Shown piece after piece: positions 1 through 9,883 of a DNA stretch of 31,706 nucleotides. The position numbers were made by a program, and so were the translations under genes. Origin of the DNA: Ascoidea asiatica JCM 7603. Its lineage: Eukaryota > Fungi > Ascomycota. The notes under the pieces are model-generated. The model was given only the letters and a program-made list of their open reading frames with translations. It did not search any database and was not told where the DNA came from. Location of the stretch: NCBI GenBank assembly GCA_001600695.1, contig BCKQ01000020.1:181031-212736 (forward strand), written 5' to 3'. Numbering within the stretch: position 1 is the first letter of the stretch; each line of letters starts with the position of its first letter.

Positions 1-103
1 TTGATGAAATATTTTATAAATCAATTGATATTTAAATGAGTAATATTCTAGAAATAACTCTGGAAACATAAAGTGATTGAGAATAATTAAGAGTGGGTTT
101 GAT

Positions 104-1135
104 ATGAAGGAAGTTAATCAAATAGTTCATGCAATTTCTGGAGCTACAGGAGGAGTATTAGCATTAATTGTAACATATCCATTATTAACAATTTCATGTA
201 AAGCTCAAGTATCCAAAAGTAAAGAGAATGAAGATGAAGATGAAAAGGAAGAAACTAGAGATAATAAGAAACAAAAATCAATAGAGATTATTAAAGAAAT
301 TTATAAAAATGAAGGTATAAAAGGATTTTATTCTGGATTAGAATCTGCAATTTATGGTATATCATTATCAAATTTTATTTATTATTATTTTTATGAAATT
401 ATTGGTAGAATTTTAATTAAAAATAGAAATTTTATAAAATTAAAGAAATTTAATTTTAAAAATTTAAAAAAAATTGAAATTATTGGATTAAAACCAATTG
501 AAAGTATAATTACTGGATTAATTTCAGGAATTTTTACAGTTATTGGTACAAATCCAATTTGGGTAATTAATACTAGAATGACAATTGATAGTAATAATAA
601 TAATAATGGGAAGAATAATATAATTAAATGTTTGATTGAGATTATTAAAAAAGAAGGAATTTTAAATTTATTTAATGGAATTTTACCAAGTTTAATATTA
701 GTATTAAATCCAATTATACAATATTCAATATTTGAAAAAATTAAGAATTTATTAATTTTAAAAAGATGTAAAAATGGTAAAATTAAAAAATTTAATTCAA
801 TTGATGCATTTTTAATTGGAGCATTAGGTAAATTAATTGCAACTGGATTTACATATCCTTATATTACATTAAAATCTCGAATGCATTTAAATAAGAATAA
901 TCAAAGTAATAATAATAATAATAATATGAGTAGTAAATTAAGTATGAAAGGTTTAATTAAAGAAATTTATATTAATGAAGGAATTTCTGGATTTTATAAT
1001 GGAATCTTAGTTAAATTATCACAAAGTATATTAAATGCAGCATTTTTATTTTATTTTAAAGAAGAAATGGTTAAATTTTCAATAATTTTATTATCATTGA
1101 TCAAAAGATTGAAGAATAAAAAAAGGGTTCTATAG
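104..1135 (+). CDS. PMP47: Peroxisomal adenine nucleotide/cofactor carrier, PMP47/SLC25A17-like (mitochondrial carrier family)
   Basis: Three carrier repeats with degenerate Px[DE]xx[KR] signatures (TYPLLTISCK, TNPIWVINTRM, TYPYITLKSRM), plus GFYSGL, N-terminal HAISGATGG and LVLNPIIQY typical of PMP47. Start placed at the first ATG (104); the ORF track starts at a TTG (77). Confidence 0.85.
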   Translation: MKEVNQIVHAISGATGGVLALIVTYPLLTISCKAQVSKSKENEDEDEKEETRDNKKQKSIEIIKEIYKNEGIKGFYSGLESAIYGISLSNFIYYYFYEIIGRILIKNRNFIKLKKFNFKNLKKIEIIGLKPIESIITGLISGIFTVIGTNPIWVINTRMTIDSNNNNNGKNNIIKCLIEIIKKEGILNLFNGILPSLILVLNPIIQYSIFEKIKNLLILKRCKNGKIKKFNSIDAFLIGALGKLIATGFTYPYITLKSRMHLNKNNQSNNNNNNMSSKLSMKGLIKEIYINEGISGFYNGILVKLSQSILNAAFLFYFKEEMVKFSIILLSLIKRLKNKKRVL

Positions 1136-1211
1136 ATTTATTGAAATACATTATCAAAAAAATACCAATAATAAATGTTATAAATAAATATTCAATATTG
1201 ATTTTATCTTA

Positions 1212-1295
1212 TCACATGACTTGGATGATTCCTATGACTCCAATGATTCACAACATAATTCACACGACTCCCATGATTTACATGATTCACCTGAC
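1212..1295. repeat. Degenerate 9-bp minisatellite, consensus about CACATGA(C/T)T, ~9 units
   Basis: cacatgact tggatgatt cctatgact ccaatgatt ... cacacgact cccatgatt tacatgatt cacctgac. Confidence 0.6.
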
Positions 1296-1733
1296 AAATC
1301 CCCATTGAAAGGAGACTGAGAAGAAGATTGAAAAGACTGAAAAGACTGCCAAAAAAAAAATGGATGAAAAGATTCGGTTACTCGGTACGTGTATCCGTGT
1401 TCCGTGGATGGAAGTCTAAGTCCGTTGCCGAAGTCTACATGCCGCAGCTGCTATTGAACACAAATTTTTGGAGCTTTTTAAAACGTAAAATGTAACGTAA
1501 AACGTAAAAGGAAAGATCCGCAAAGGGCAAATCGTAAAATCGAAAGGTTACTGTGTCCATTAATTTGGAAACAGCGGAGATGAAGAAAAATTCCAGCTGC
1601 ATTCGCGTTTCTGAAGATCATTTATTCATCGGAAGTAAGCTCAAAGTAGAAATAGAATTCCATCCGAAAAAAGGGTTTCCGAACGATGTCGGCACTCTGC
1701 CGTGAAACTATCGGATACAAAGTCGGATATCAT

Positions 1734-1841
1734 GCGGGAACGACTGCGGGAAGAGCAGCGGAACTATTTTGCGGAAGATCGCAGGGAAGGTTGTGGAAAA
1801 GCAGCTAAAAGAAAGCGGAAGTTTAACCCATTTGGGCGGAA
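1734..1841 (+). promoter_or_regulatory. Cluster of six GCGG(G)AA motifs, candidate Zn2Cys6 transcription-factor sites
   Basis: Motifs at 1734, 1746, 1758, 1771, 1815 and 1836, within a GC-richer intergenic island in a very AT-rich background. Confidence 0.35.
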
Positions 1842-3654
1842 GAAGTGTAAAAATAAAGCTAAAACACAGAAAACAATAGCTCTAAAAAAAACACCAGCCA
1901 CAAAACTATAGCCGATGATAAAAAAGAGAGCAAGTTGAGACCATTTGAGCTTGCCGTAGAGAAATGGCCCCTTTGTAATTAATGCCACTGCCATGGTGAT
2001 TGCCATGGTTACTGTCATAAGGATTGGCCTACTTTAAAAATAGTCCCAAAGATCGTCATAGATATATAATTGTTGCTTCCGCCAGAAACTGTTCGGTTGT
2101 TTAGATTTGTTTTAAGTTTGGAGTGAACCTTAGATTGAGCTTCAGCTCAAACTTTAGCGTGGTTTGGGCCTGATGTCTGACTGTAGAAGTGCTAGGGTAC
2201 AGGCGAGTCCAGGCAAAGGAGTTTACGGAGATAAGACTTACGCCAAGCCCAAAAAATGATAGTGCGTGCATTTTAAATGTGTACAGATTTAAAAATAAAT
2301 CCACGTGCAATTTGCTGCTATTGTTTTTGCTATTTTAAGATAATCTGTGTCAAAGTTTTGATCTCAGCAGTTTTTTCACGTGCTTTATTTGTACTGTCGG
2401 ATCCAGGCCCATGGTATACGAGATGTTAATCTAAAAGATTGGGTTTGCTGAAGCCCAACTTTACTTCAGATTAGCCAACATGGAAGTACAGTAGAAGACA
2501 GAATACTCCTGAGAAACACCGATTTATACGGATATAGGATTGCAGTTGCAGCCAAAACGCCACAAAAGTGGCTGCAGAGCTTATTGTTAAAATAGCCTGA
2601 ATTTTGGGTTGGGTTTTGAAAGTTCAGGACTTTGGATTTTTACACATTTCTGGATCCATTTTGATTTTGATTCCTGAGAAAATATAGCCTAGAATAATCT
2701 TGAAACAGGTTATCAAAAACAAATAGAATAGAGAAAAAGAGAAAGACAAAGAGAAAGATAAGAATATTGATGGTAAGAATTTGATCATTGATATTTAATT
2801 TTATATTAAATTTAGTAGAAGTGGATATATTAATATCATTAATAGAAGTAATTGTAGGCTATTAAAGAACTTTCTTGGAACTTATAAATATATTTTAAAA
2901 CAATCATCATATCTAAGCCCATGAGTTTTTAATCAATATTATTCCAAATCAGTGTCAGTGTCAAGTTCATGTAATTTTTTGGTAATCATTTCGTATTCTT
3001 CAAGAATTCTTCAAGAATTCTTCAACTTTTCTTCACATATTCTTTAGATAATCTTCAGGTAATTTCATAATTTTCTTTGCAACTTACTTAACTTGAAATC
3101 AATTCAACTTAATCTTGGCTTTTAAAAACTTTTAATGTTTGAGAATCAAATTTCAACCAGAAATTTGTTAAAATCAAATATGAAATCAAATTTTGATTAA
3201 AAATCACTTTTCTCACTGCTTTTTTTTTGGTTTTTTTGTTATTAAAATTAACAATCCTTTAAACTTTCTTTTCAACCTAATATTCTTAATAAGTTGAGTA
3301 ATATTTTTAATAAAGTACAGTAATAATAAATAAAATTCCATTTAATTGGTACTATTATTCATTTTTATTAAAACTTTTGTCATTAATTTTAATATAAATT
3401 ACTTAAATATGGATTTCAATTTATAATAAAAAAAAATTATGTACTTTTGTATGGACTTGTATTATTATATTATATTTTATTCATATTTATATAAGTCAAG
3501 TATTGATATTTTTTTTTTTTTTCTTTATTCCCTTTTGTGTTACTTAAACTATCACTCACTATCTCCTAAAATCTCTTATAATCCTTTACTATCCTTTATT
3601 ATATATATATATATATACAGTATATAAACAGATATCATACATATTATTTTTAAA

Positions 3655-4695
3655 ATGAGCTCTTTACTTCAATTCAAAGTAACAAATGAAATGAATGAAG
3701 ATCATAAATACTCTAATAATTTCAAAGATAAGTTTCCAAATACTTATAAAACAACAAATAATGATTCAACTAACTCAAATAATTCAAATGTTCCATTAAA
3801 TTCATTAAATTCATTGCATTCATTAAATTCAAATAATCTATTACATTACTCAAATATTTTACCAAATCCAATTAATAATAATGTTCATCCAATTAATAAT
3901 CCAATTTTAAAGCCAATTTTGAAACCAATATTAAGTTATCCAAATCAAAATATTTATTTAAATAATGATTTAAATAATAATAACTTTAATAATAATAATG
4001 CCAATTTCAATAATAATTATAATAATATTAATATTTATAATAATGAAATTAATAATTATATTTATAAATTAAATTTTAAACATTGTGCAAAAATTGGTAG
4101 ACCTTCAGGTAATGCATCAAAAAGAAGATTAAAACCAAAAACAATAATTGAATTAAAAACAAATAATATTAATAATTCAAAAGCTGAATTTTTTTTATTA
4201 GTTAAATTATTTGATTTTAAATCAAATACAGAAATTACTAAAAAATCATTAATTGGAAATACATGTATTTCTGGAAATTATTCATCAAATTTAGATACTT
4301 ATATTTTTGATTTTTCTCATTTAGGTATAAAATTAGCTGGTTATTATTATTTAAGATTTTATTTATTTATTAATAATGATAATTTAAATCCAAATTTTAT
4401 TTCAATTAAAAAAGTGATAATTTCAAATAATCTTGGAAATAATAATGAATGTAATAATAGTGAAGATTTTGAATCAAAATATTTAGAATCTGGTAAAATT
4501 ACAATTTCAAATTTACCTTCAAATAAAAGTAATAATAATAATAGTAATACATCAATTAAAAGTGAGAAAATTTCAAAGAAACATGATATAGAAAGTCCAA
4601 AAAGTTATAATTCAACACCAAAAAATAGTCCAGTTTTTATTCCAAAATTTAGTAGTCCAGGATATTCTAAAGATATTACTCCAGAATTAGAATAA
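3655..4695 (+). CDS. Divergent velvet-like domain protein, subtype A (copy A1), with Asn-rich N-terminus
   Basis: 346-aa ORF containing YKLNFKHCAKIGRPSGNASKRRLKPKTIIEL...LVKLFDF...SLIGN...YIFDFSHLGIKLAGYYYLRFYL; clearly paralogous to the ORFs ending at 19031 and 27567. Family label comes from manual motif comparison. Confidence 0.7.
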   Translation: MSSLLQFKVTNEMNEDHKYSNNFKDKFPNTYKTTNNDSTNSNNSNVPLNSLNSLHSLNSNNLLHYSNILPNPINNNVHPINNPILKPILKPILSYPNQNIYLNNDLNNNNFNNNNANFNNNYNNINIYNNEINNYIYKLNFKHCAKIGRPSGNASKRRLKPKTIIELKTNNINNSKAEFFLLVKLFDFKSNTEITKKSLIGNTCISGNYSSNLDTYIFDFSHLGIKLAGYYYLRFYLFINNDNLNPNFISIKKVIISNNLGNNNECNNSEDFESKYLESGKITISNLPSNKSNNNNSNTSIKSEKISKKHDIESPKSYNSTPKNSPVFIPKFSSPGYSKDITPELE

Positions 4696-5143
4696 ATAAA
4701 AGTTTTTAATATTTCTCTATTTTTTCTTTTTATTTACTTTCGTTTTTTTCAATGTTTTCTTTCTTTAGATTTTTACTTGTTTACTTTATGACTTTATTAC
4801 TATACTATATGAGATATAAATTCAGGTAAATTATATCAATATAACTTTACAATTAATATATATTTTAATTATTTCACTTCATTCACCCAATATTTATTAT
4901 TCTCAGCATCAAATATAACAATTTTTTGGATAAAAAAAACAGTTCGTAATCGAAAAAAGCCACAAAACTAAAATTAAAAATAATAAAAATAACTAAAAAT
5001 CAAAGGAAAATCAAAGGAAAATCAGAAAAAACAAAGCTGATTTACGAGTTTCCTAATTGGGACGAAAACGGTAATGCGTTACATGCAGCGCAGCTGATTT
5101 AGCGTGAGTTTTGCGTGATTTCAGCCGGCGCAAAAATCTGAAA

Positions 5144-5287
5144 CGGATCTTAAACGGATAATCCACGGATATCGGCTGCTCAAAAGGTGCTTGTTGCTGC
5201 ATTTAGGATTTTACTTCCGGAAGCATAAAAATGCTTGGCACGGAATACACGGAATACACGGAGCTCTTGAATTTTCGGTTCGGAAAT
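5144..5287 (+). promoter_or_regulatory. Cluster of eight CGGA motifs including tandem CACGGAATA repeats (Rgt1-like/Zn-cluster sites)
   Basis: CGGA at 5144, 5155, 5166, 5218, 5241, 5250, 5259 and 5281; some fit CGGANNA. Confidence 0.35.
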
Positions 5288-6149
5288 TAGAGGTTCCAGT
5301 TGAATATTTTTATCTCCGTAAATATTTCCTGTCCATGGAAAAAACTGTATCCGTGGAAAGATGTGGCGAGTGCAAATTGAGAAACTGAAAAAAGGATTAC
5401 AAAAAGAAATATTTCAAAAAGGAATGGAGATAATGGATGAAAATAGTGAACAAAAGAAATGCAAAGATGCAGAAATAAAGAAAGAAACTTAAGATTTATT
5501 GTTATTAGTAAAGCTATGTATTTCCATAATAATAATATTCATTCATGAATAACATATTGGAGTTTGGGTTTGGAAAAGAAGTTGAAGAGTAGATAAATAA
5601 TAAATTCTTAAACAAAACATTAGATATATAGAATAAAAATAGATTACTTTGTTTTTTTGAATAACAATTATAAAGATTATCCCATCGAAGGTCTTTTCTT
5701 TTTATGTGAGACCTTTTAGCAACTTCTTATTCTAAATTTAAAGATAAAACCAAAAAAAATATAAAGAAGTTTTACCTAATCTATTATTGGAAAATATTAT
5801 CTTGACTATATATATTTTAAAACTATATTTAATAAATTTCAGGGTCTTCTTTATATTCTCTTTTTTAATCCTTATTTTCGATGATAGAAATTAGAAAAGA
5901 CTGTTTTTATGAGATTATGTTCAAATTCTCTTAATATTTTATATGAACAACTATCTCACTATTTTTTCAATTGATTTGTATTGGTTTTAATACAATACAT
6001 TTATCTTAAAATTGAATTTTTTTTCAAAATGGTATATCCAAAAATATGTCTTCCCATCTATCTTGTTTTTCAATTTATAAGACTATAAAAGAAAGAGAAA
6101 TTAAACTCAAAAACTTACTTTTTTGTTTTTTATCTGTGATAAATTTTGA

Positions 6150-6531
6150 CAATTTGGAATTTCATATAATGCATATTTCAAATCGGTTACAAGATCTGGT
6201 AGACCACAAGTTACTTCATATAAAAGAATATTTACAAATTTTTTATTTTAGTACTGGTAAATGACTTTCTTATCATTTAACTGGTTCTAAAGCTCAATCT
6301 TGTAAATATATTGAATCTGAAAAAATAATTTCATTTGATTTTTCACATTTAGGTGCTTATGAAAAAGGTATTTATAAGTAATCTTTAGAACAGATAAAAT
6401 CAATGTTAGTTATTCTCTATTATATTCCACCAGTAATTTTAGAATCTGAAGAAATTACAGTTAGTAATAATATTACTAAAAATAATAACAATTATAATAA
6501 TTTAACCTTAATTCAGATAATAAGAAAATAA
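6150..6531 (+). pseudogene. Pseudogene of velvet-like subtype B (copy B1)
   Basis: The frame at 6153 gives FGISYNAYFKSVTRSGRPQVTSYKRIF (compare B2 FGNKYKANFESVPKTGRPQGSSNRRRF). A shifted frame gives FYFSTGK*LSYHLTGSKAQSCKYIESEKIISFDFSHLGAYEKGIYK* and then IPPVILESEEITVSNN. Stops at 6262 and 6379, a frameshift and an internal deletion. Confidence 0.8.
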
Positions 6532-7197
6532 ATTCAGAATTGAATTTGAAAGAATTATCAACAATTTCATCATCAAAGAAAATTAATGTTGGGAATAAAA
6601 AAAAAAAAAGCGAAACTCTTCCTCTTTATGATGATGCAGGTTTTTATGATTAAGGAGATTTATACCACATATTCATCAAAACTCTACATCTAAATTTACA
6701 GTTAAAACTCAGTCAGAAGACATTCTAAATAATGATGTTAAATTTAAGAAAACTCTTCAAAATTCAGTTTTATCTTCTTTTCATCGTCCTTATTTTTTCT
6801 ATTATTTGAAATAAGTTATTAAATTCAATCAAAAAACATAATTATACTGTGTAACAATAATGTTAACTTTAATATTTTTGCTAATCTTAATAATCCTATA
6901 ATTTTATTTCATTACTTTTGATTTAACTAATTCATTTCTTTATATATCTTCTTATAATCTCGAAACCATATCAAAAATAATTAAATTATCAAATAATCAA
7001 ATAATTCGGTAAAAATTATAAAAACTAAAATTTGAAATTCTATTTCGGATAAAAACCACACCATATTAGGGAACCAAAACCACAAAAATATATTGCCGGA
7101 AAATCACGTGAAAAATACATAAATCTCCACGCAATTTGCTTCAGGGAACTGTAATGAGAAGCAGAAGCCTGCATATCGAGTCCCTCCTGCAGGCCCC

Positions 7198-7236
7198 TCC
7201 GGATTATTTACATCCGGATTATTGCTCCGGATTATT
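7198..7236 (+). promoter_or_regulatory. Three direct repeats of TCCGGATTATT (Rgt1-type CGGANNA sites) in the sugar transporter promoter
   Basis: Exact copies at 7198, 7213 and 7226. Further CGGATAA (~7046), CGGAAAA (~7097), an E-box TCACGTGA (~7104) and TATAAA at 7530. Confidence 0.55.
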
Positions 7237-7620
7237 TCCCCAGCTTGAGATCCTTAATTTAATGCTTATTCAAATTCTTATTTTTTTGCTTATTTCTCAT
7301 ATTTTTGATTATTTCTCATGGGAAATCTTAACAAAGTTTTATTTCACATCTGAAAACTTACTCCTCCATTCTCCCATTTTCTTATTCACTTCTTTATTCA
7401 GTTACTCAATTTAGTGCTGGTAATGGTTTCATTTGTTTACTGTTTATGCAACCTAAAAGGACTATGATGTCATCAATAAGGGTTTAGAGACATTACGTAA
7501 TACTGAAAGTTATTACTTTTTTTAATCATTATAAATATCTCCAATATTCCCCATAATATTCTTTATTTTTTCATCCATAAATTAAATTAAATAAAATTAG
7601 AGTAATTACAATATAGAAAA

Positions 7621-9558
7621 ATGTCATCTGCAGATCTTAAAAAAACTGAATCTGAAATTCAGATCAGTAATGATAAAAATTTGTTTTATAATGATAGTAA
7701 TAATAACAATGATAATAATGATAATGATAATGATAATAATATTGATGATATTGATGATATTGATGAAGACAATTTATTATCCCAGTATACTGAACAAGAG
7801 GTCATGCAAATGGGTAGAGAGTATGCTAAATTGCATGGTTTAAATGAAGAATTATTTGGAAAAGCTGCTGCAATTGCAAGAGATCAAAGAAATTATAATT
7901 CTAAAGATTTTTTAAATGATGATGAGAAACAATCCTTATACAATGAAATACATCATAAATGGAAATTGCCTACACATTTATATTATGTTATACTTATGTG
8001 TTCAATGGGTGCTTGTATTCAAGGTATGGATGAATCTGTAATAAATGGTGCAAATTTATTTTATCCTGAATTTTTTAATATTAATTCAGGTTCTGATAGA
8101 GATACTTGGCTAGTTGGTCTTATAAATTCTGCTCCATATCTTTGCTCTTCAGTAATTTCTTGTTGGTTATCTGATTATTTAAATAATAAATTTTCAAGGA
8201 GAGGTACTATTTTTTTAGCCTGCCTCATATCTGCATTAACTTGTATTTGGCAAGCTTTAACAAATAATTGGTGGCATTTATTTATCGCTAGATTTTTTTT
8301 AGGTTTTGGTATTGGTCCAAAAAGTGCAACGATTCCAATATATTCTGCTGAATGTGTACCACATAAAATTAGAGGTGCTTTAGTAATGATGTGGCAAATT
8401 TGGACAGCTTTTGGTATAATGTTAGGTTATGTTTTTTCTCTTATTTTTTATAAAGTTTCCCCCGGTAGTATTAGTAAAGGTTTGAATTGGAGATTAATGC
8501 TTGGTTCTGCTTCATTACCTGCTTTCATAATACTTTCTCAGATTTACTTTTGTCCAGAATCACCAAGATGGCTTATGAATAAAAATCGTCACTACGATGC
8601 TTTCAAATCTTTACAGAGTTTAAGAAATAATGAAATTCAAGCTGCAAGAGATTGTTTTTATCAAAATTTTCTATTAATTCAATCAAATATTGATCCTACT
8701 TTAAATTTAAACTCAAATTCACAGAAAAAAATTTCTTTTTTCAGAAAAGTCATAGATTTATTTAAAATTAGAAGAAATAGAAATGGTGCAATTGCAGCAT
8801 GGATTGTAATGTTTATGCAACAATTTTGTGGTATAAATGTAATTGCATATTATTCTTCTTCAATTTTTATTGAATCTGGTTTTAGTATAAGAGATGCTTT
8901 AATTGCATCTTGGGGTTTTGGTATGCTAAATTTTGTTTTTGCAATTCCTGCTTTTCTTACAATTGATAAATTAGGTCGTCGTACTTTATTATTATTTTCA
9001 TTTCCTTTAATGAGTCTTTTTTTATTAATTACAGGTTTTGCATTTTGGATTGATAATCAAAAAGTTAGAATTGGTATTGTATCTTTAGGTATTTATTTAT
9101 TCACGATTGTTTATTCATCTTCTGAGGGTCCAGTTCCATTTACTTATTCGGCAGAATGTGCTTCTTTATATATGAGGGAATTAACAATGTCATTTGCAAC
9201 AGCAACTTGTTGGTTCTTTAATTTTGTTTTATCTTTAACTTGGCCTTCATTATTAAAAGCATTCAAACCTCAAGGTGCTTTTGGCTGGTATGCTGCTTGG
9301 AATTTAGTCGGGTTCTTCTTAGTTTTATGGTTATTACCTGAAACAAAAGGTTTTACTCTAGAAGAATTAGATAATATTTTTAATGTTCCAATGGGTAAAC
9401 ATGCTGCTTATCAAACTAGATTCACTTTAAATTGGTTCAAAAAAACTATTTTAAAGAAAAAGAATATTGAAAACTTACCACATTTATATCATCTTAATAC
9501 ATTTCAAATCAATAATGAAGATTTGGAACAGAAGCATTCAATTCAACATATAGAGTAA
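7621..9558 (+). CDS. MFS sugar porter family transporter (polyol/myo-inositol/pentose-H+ symporter-like)
   Basis: 645 aa with ~12 hydrophobic segments; motifs QGMDES, PESPRWL, QQFCGINVIAYYS, DKLGRR and PETKG-x-TLEE. Confidence 0.93.
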   Translation: MSSADLKKTESEIQISNDKNLFYNDSNNNNDNNDNDNDNNIDDIDDIDEDNLLSQYTEQEVMQMGREYAKLHGLNEELFGKAAAIARDQRNYNSKDFLNDDEKQSLYNEIHHKWKLPTHLYYVILMCSMGACIQGMDESVINGANLFYPEFFNINSGSDRDTWLVGLINSAPYLCSSVISCWLSDYLNNKFSRRGTIFLACLISALTCIWQALTNNWWHLFIARFFLGFGIGPKSATIPIYSAECVPHKIRGALVMMWQIWTAFGIMLGYVFSLIFYKVSPGSISKGLNWRLMLGSASLPAFIILSQIYFCPESPRWLMNKNRHYDAFKSLQSLRNNEIQAARDCFYQNFLLIQSNIDPTLNLNSNSQKKISFFRKVIDLFKIRRNRNGAIAAWIVMFMQQFCGINVIAYYSSSIFIESGFSIRDALIASWGFGMLNFVFAIPAFLTIDKLGRRTLLLFSFPLMSLFLLITGFAFWIDNQKVRIGIVSLGIYLFTIVYSSSEGPVPFTYSAECASLYMRELTMSFATATCWFFNFVLSLTWPSLLKAFKPQGAFGWYAAWNLVGFFLVLWLLPETKGFTLEELDNIFNVPMGKHAAYQTRFTLNWFKKTILKKKNIENLPHLYHLNTFQINNEDLEQKHSIQHIE

Positions 9559-9711
9559 ATAATAAATGATTTAACAAAATTATTGTATGCAAACCACAGA
9601 AATAAATATAAATCTGCAGCATTTTCCTAATTGGGAAAGTCGCGTAAACCTCCACTTTTTTATTGCTTACGTAATCTCGGGTTTTATTTTCTTTTTTTTT
9701 TCTTAAAAAAG

Positions 9712-9717
9712 ACGCGT
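9712..9717. promoter_or_regulatory. MCB element (ACGCGT) upstream of CMR1
   Basis: ACGCGT ~170 bp before the ATG and a second CGCGT at 9641; this hexamer is rare in such AT-rich DNA. Confidence 0.6.
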
Positions 9718-9883
9718 TTTTTTGCAACAGATTTTTGTATTGAATTTGATTTCATTGAATTGAATAGAATTTGGTTGATATTTCAGATTCGATTATTTAT
9801 GAATTTGAAAATTATTTAAGATATTATTCAGGACACTTTTAAATTATATACCCATCTATTGAATAAGTTTTAAAATAGGAAAA

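Noticed and set aside
1702-2310. Short ORFs 1702..1911, 1764..2018 and 2101..2310
   Set aside because: Short, overlapping, two begin with non-ATG codons, codon usage differs from the real genes and no domain is recognisable; probably by-products of locally higher GC.
2995-3025. ATTCTTCAAGA x3 repeat
   Set aside because: Short slippage repeat with no spacers; HSE-like TTC/GAA units are present but unsupported.
6046-6264. 72-aa ORF as an independent gene
   Set aside because: Mostly an off-frame reading of pseudogene B1; only its last residues (FYFSTGK) are in the homologous frame.
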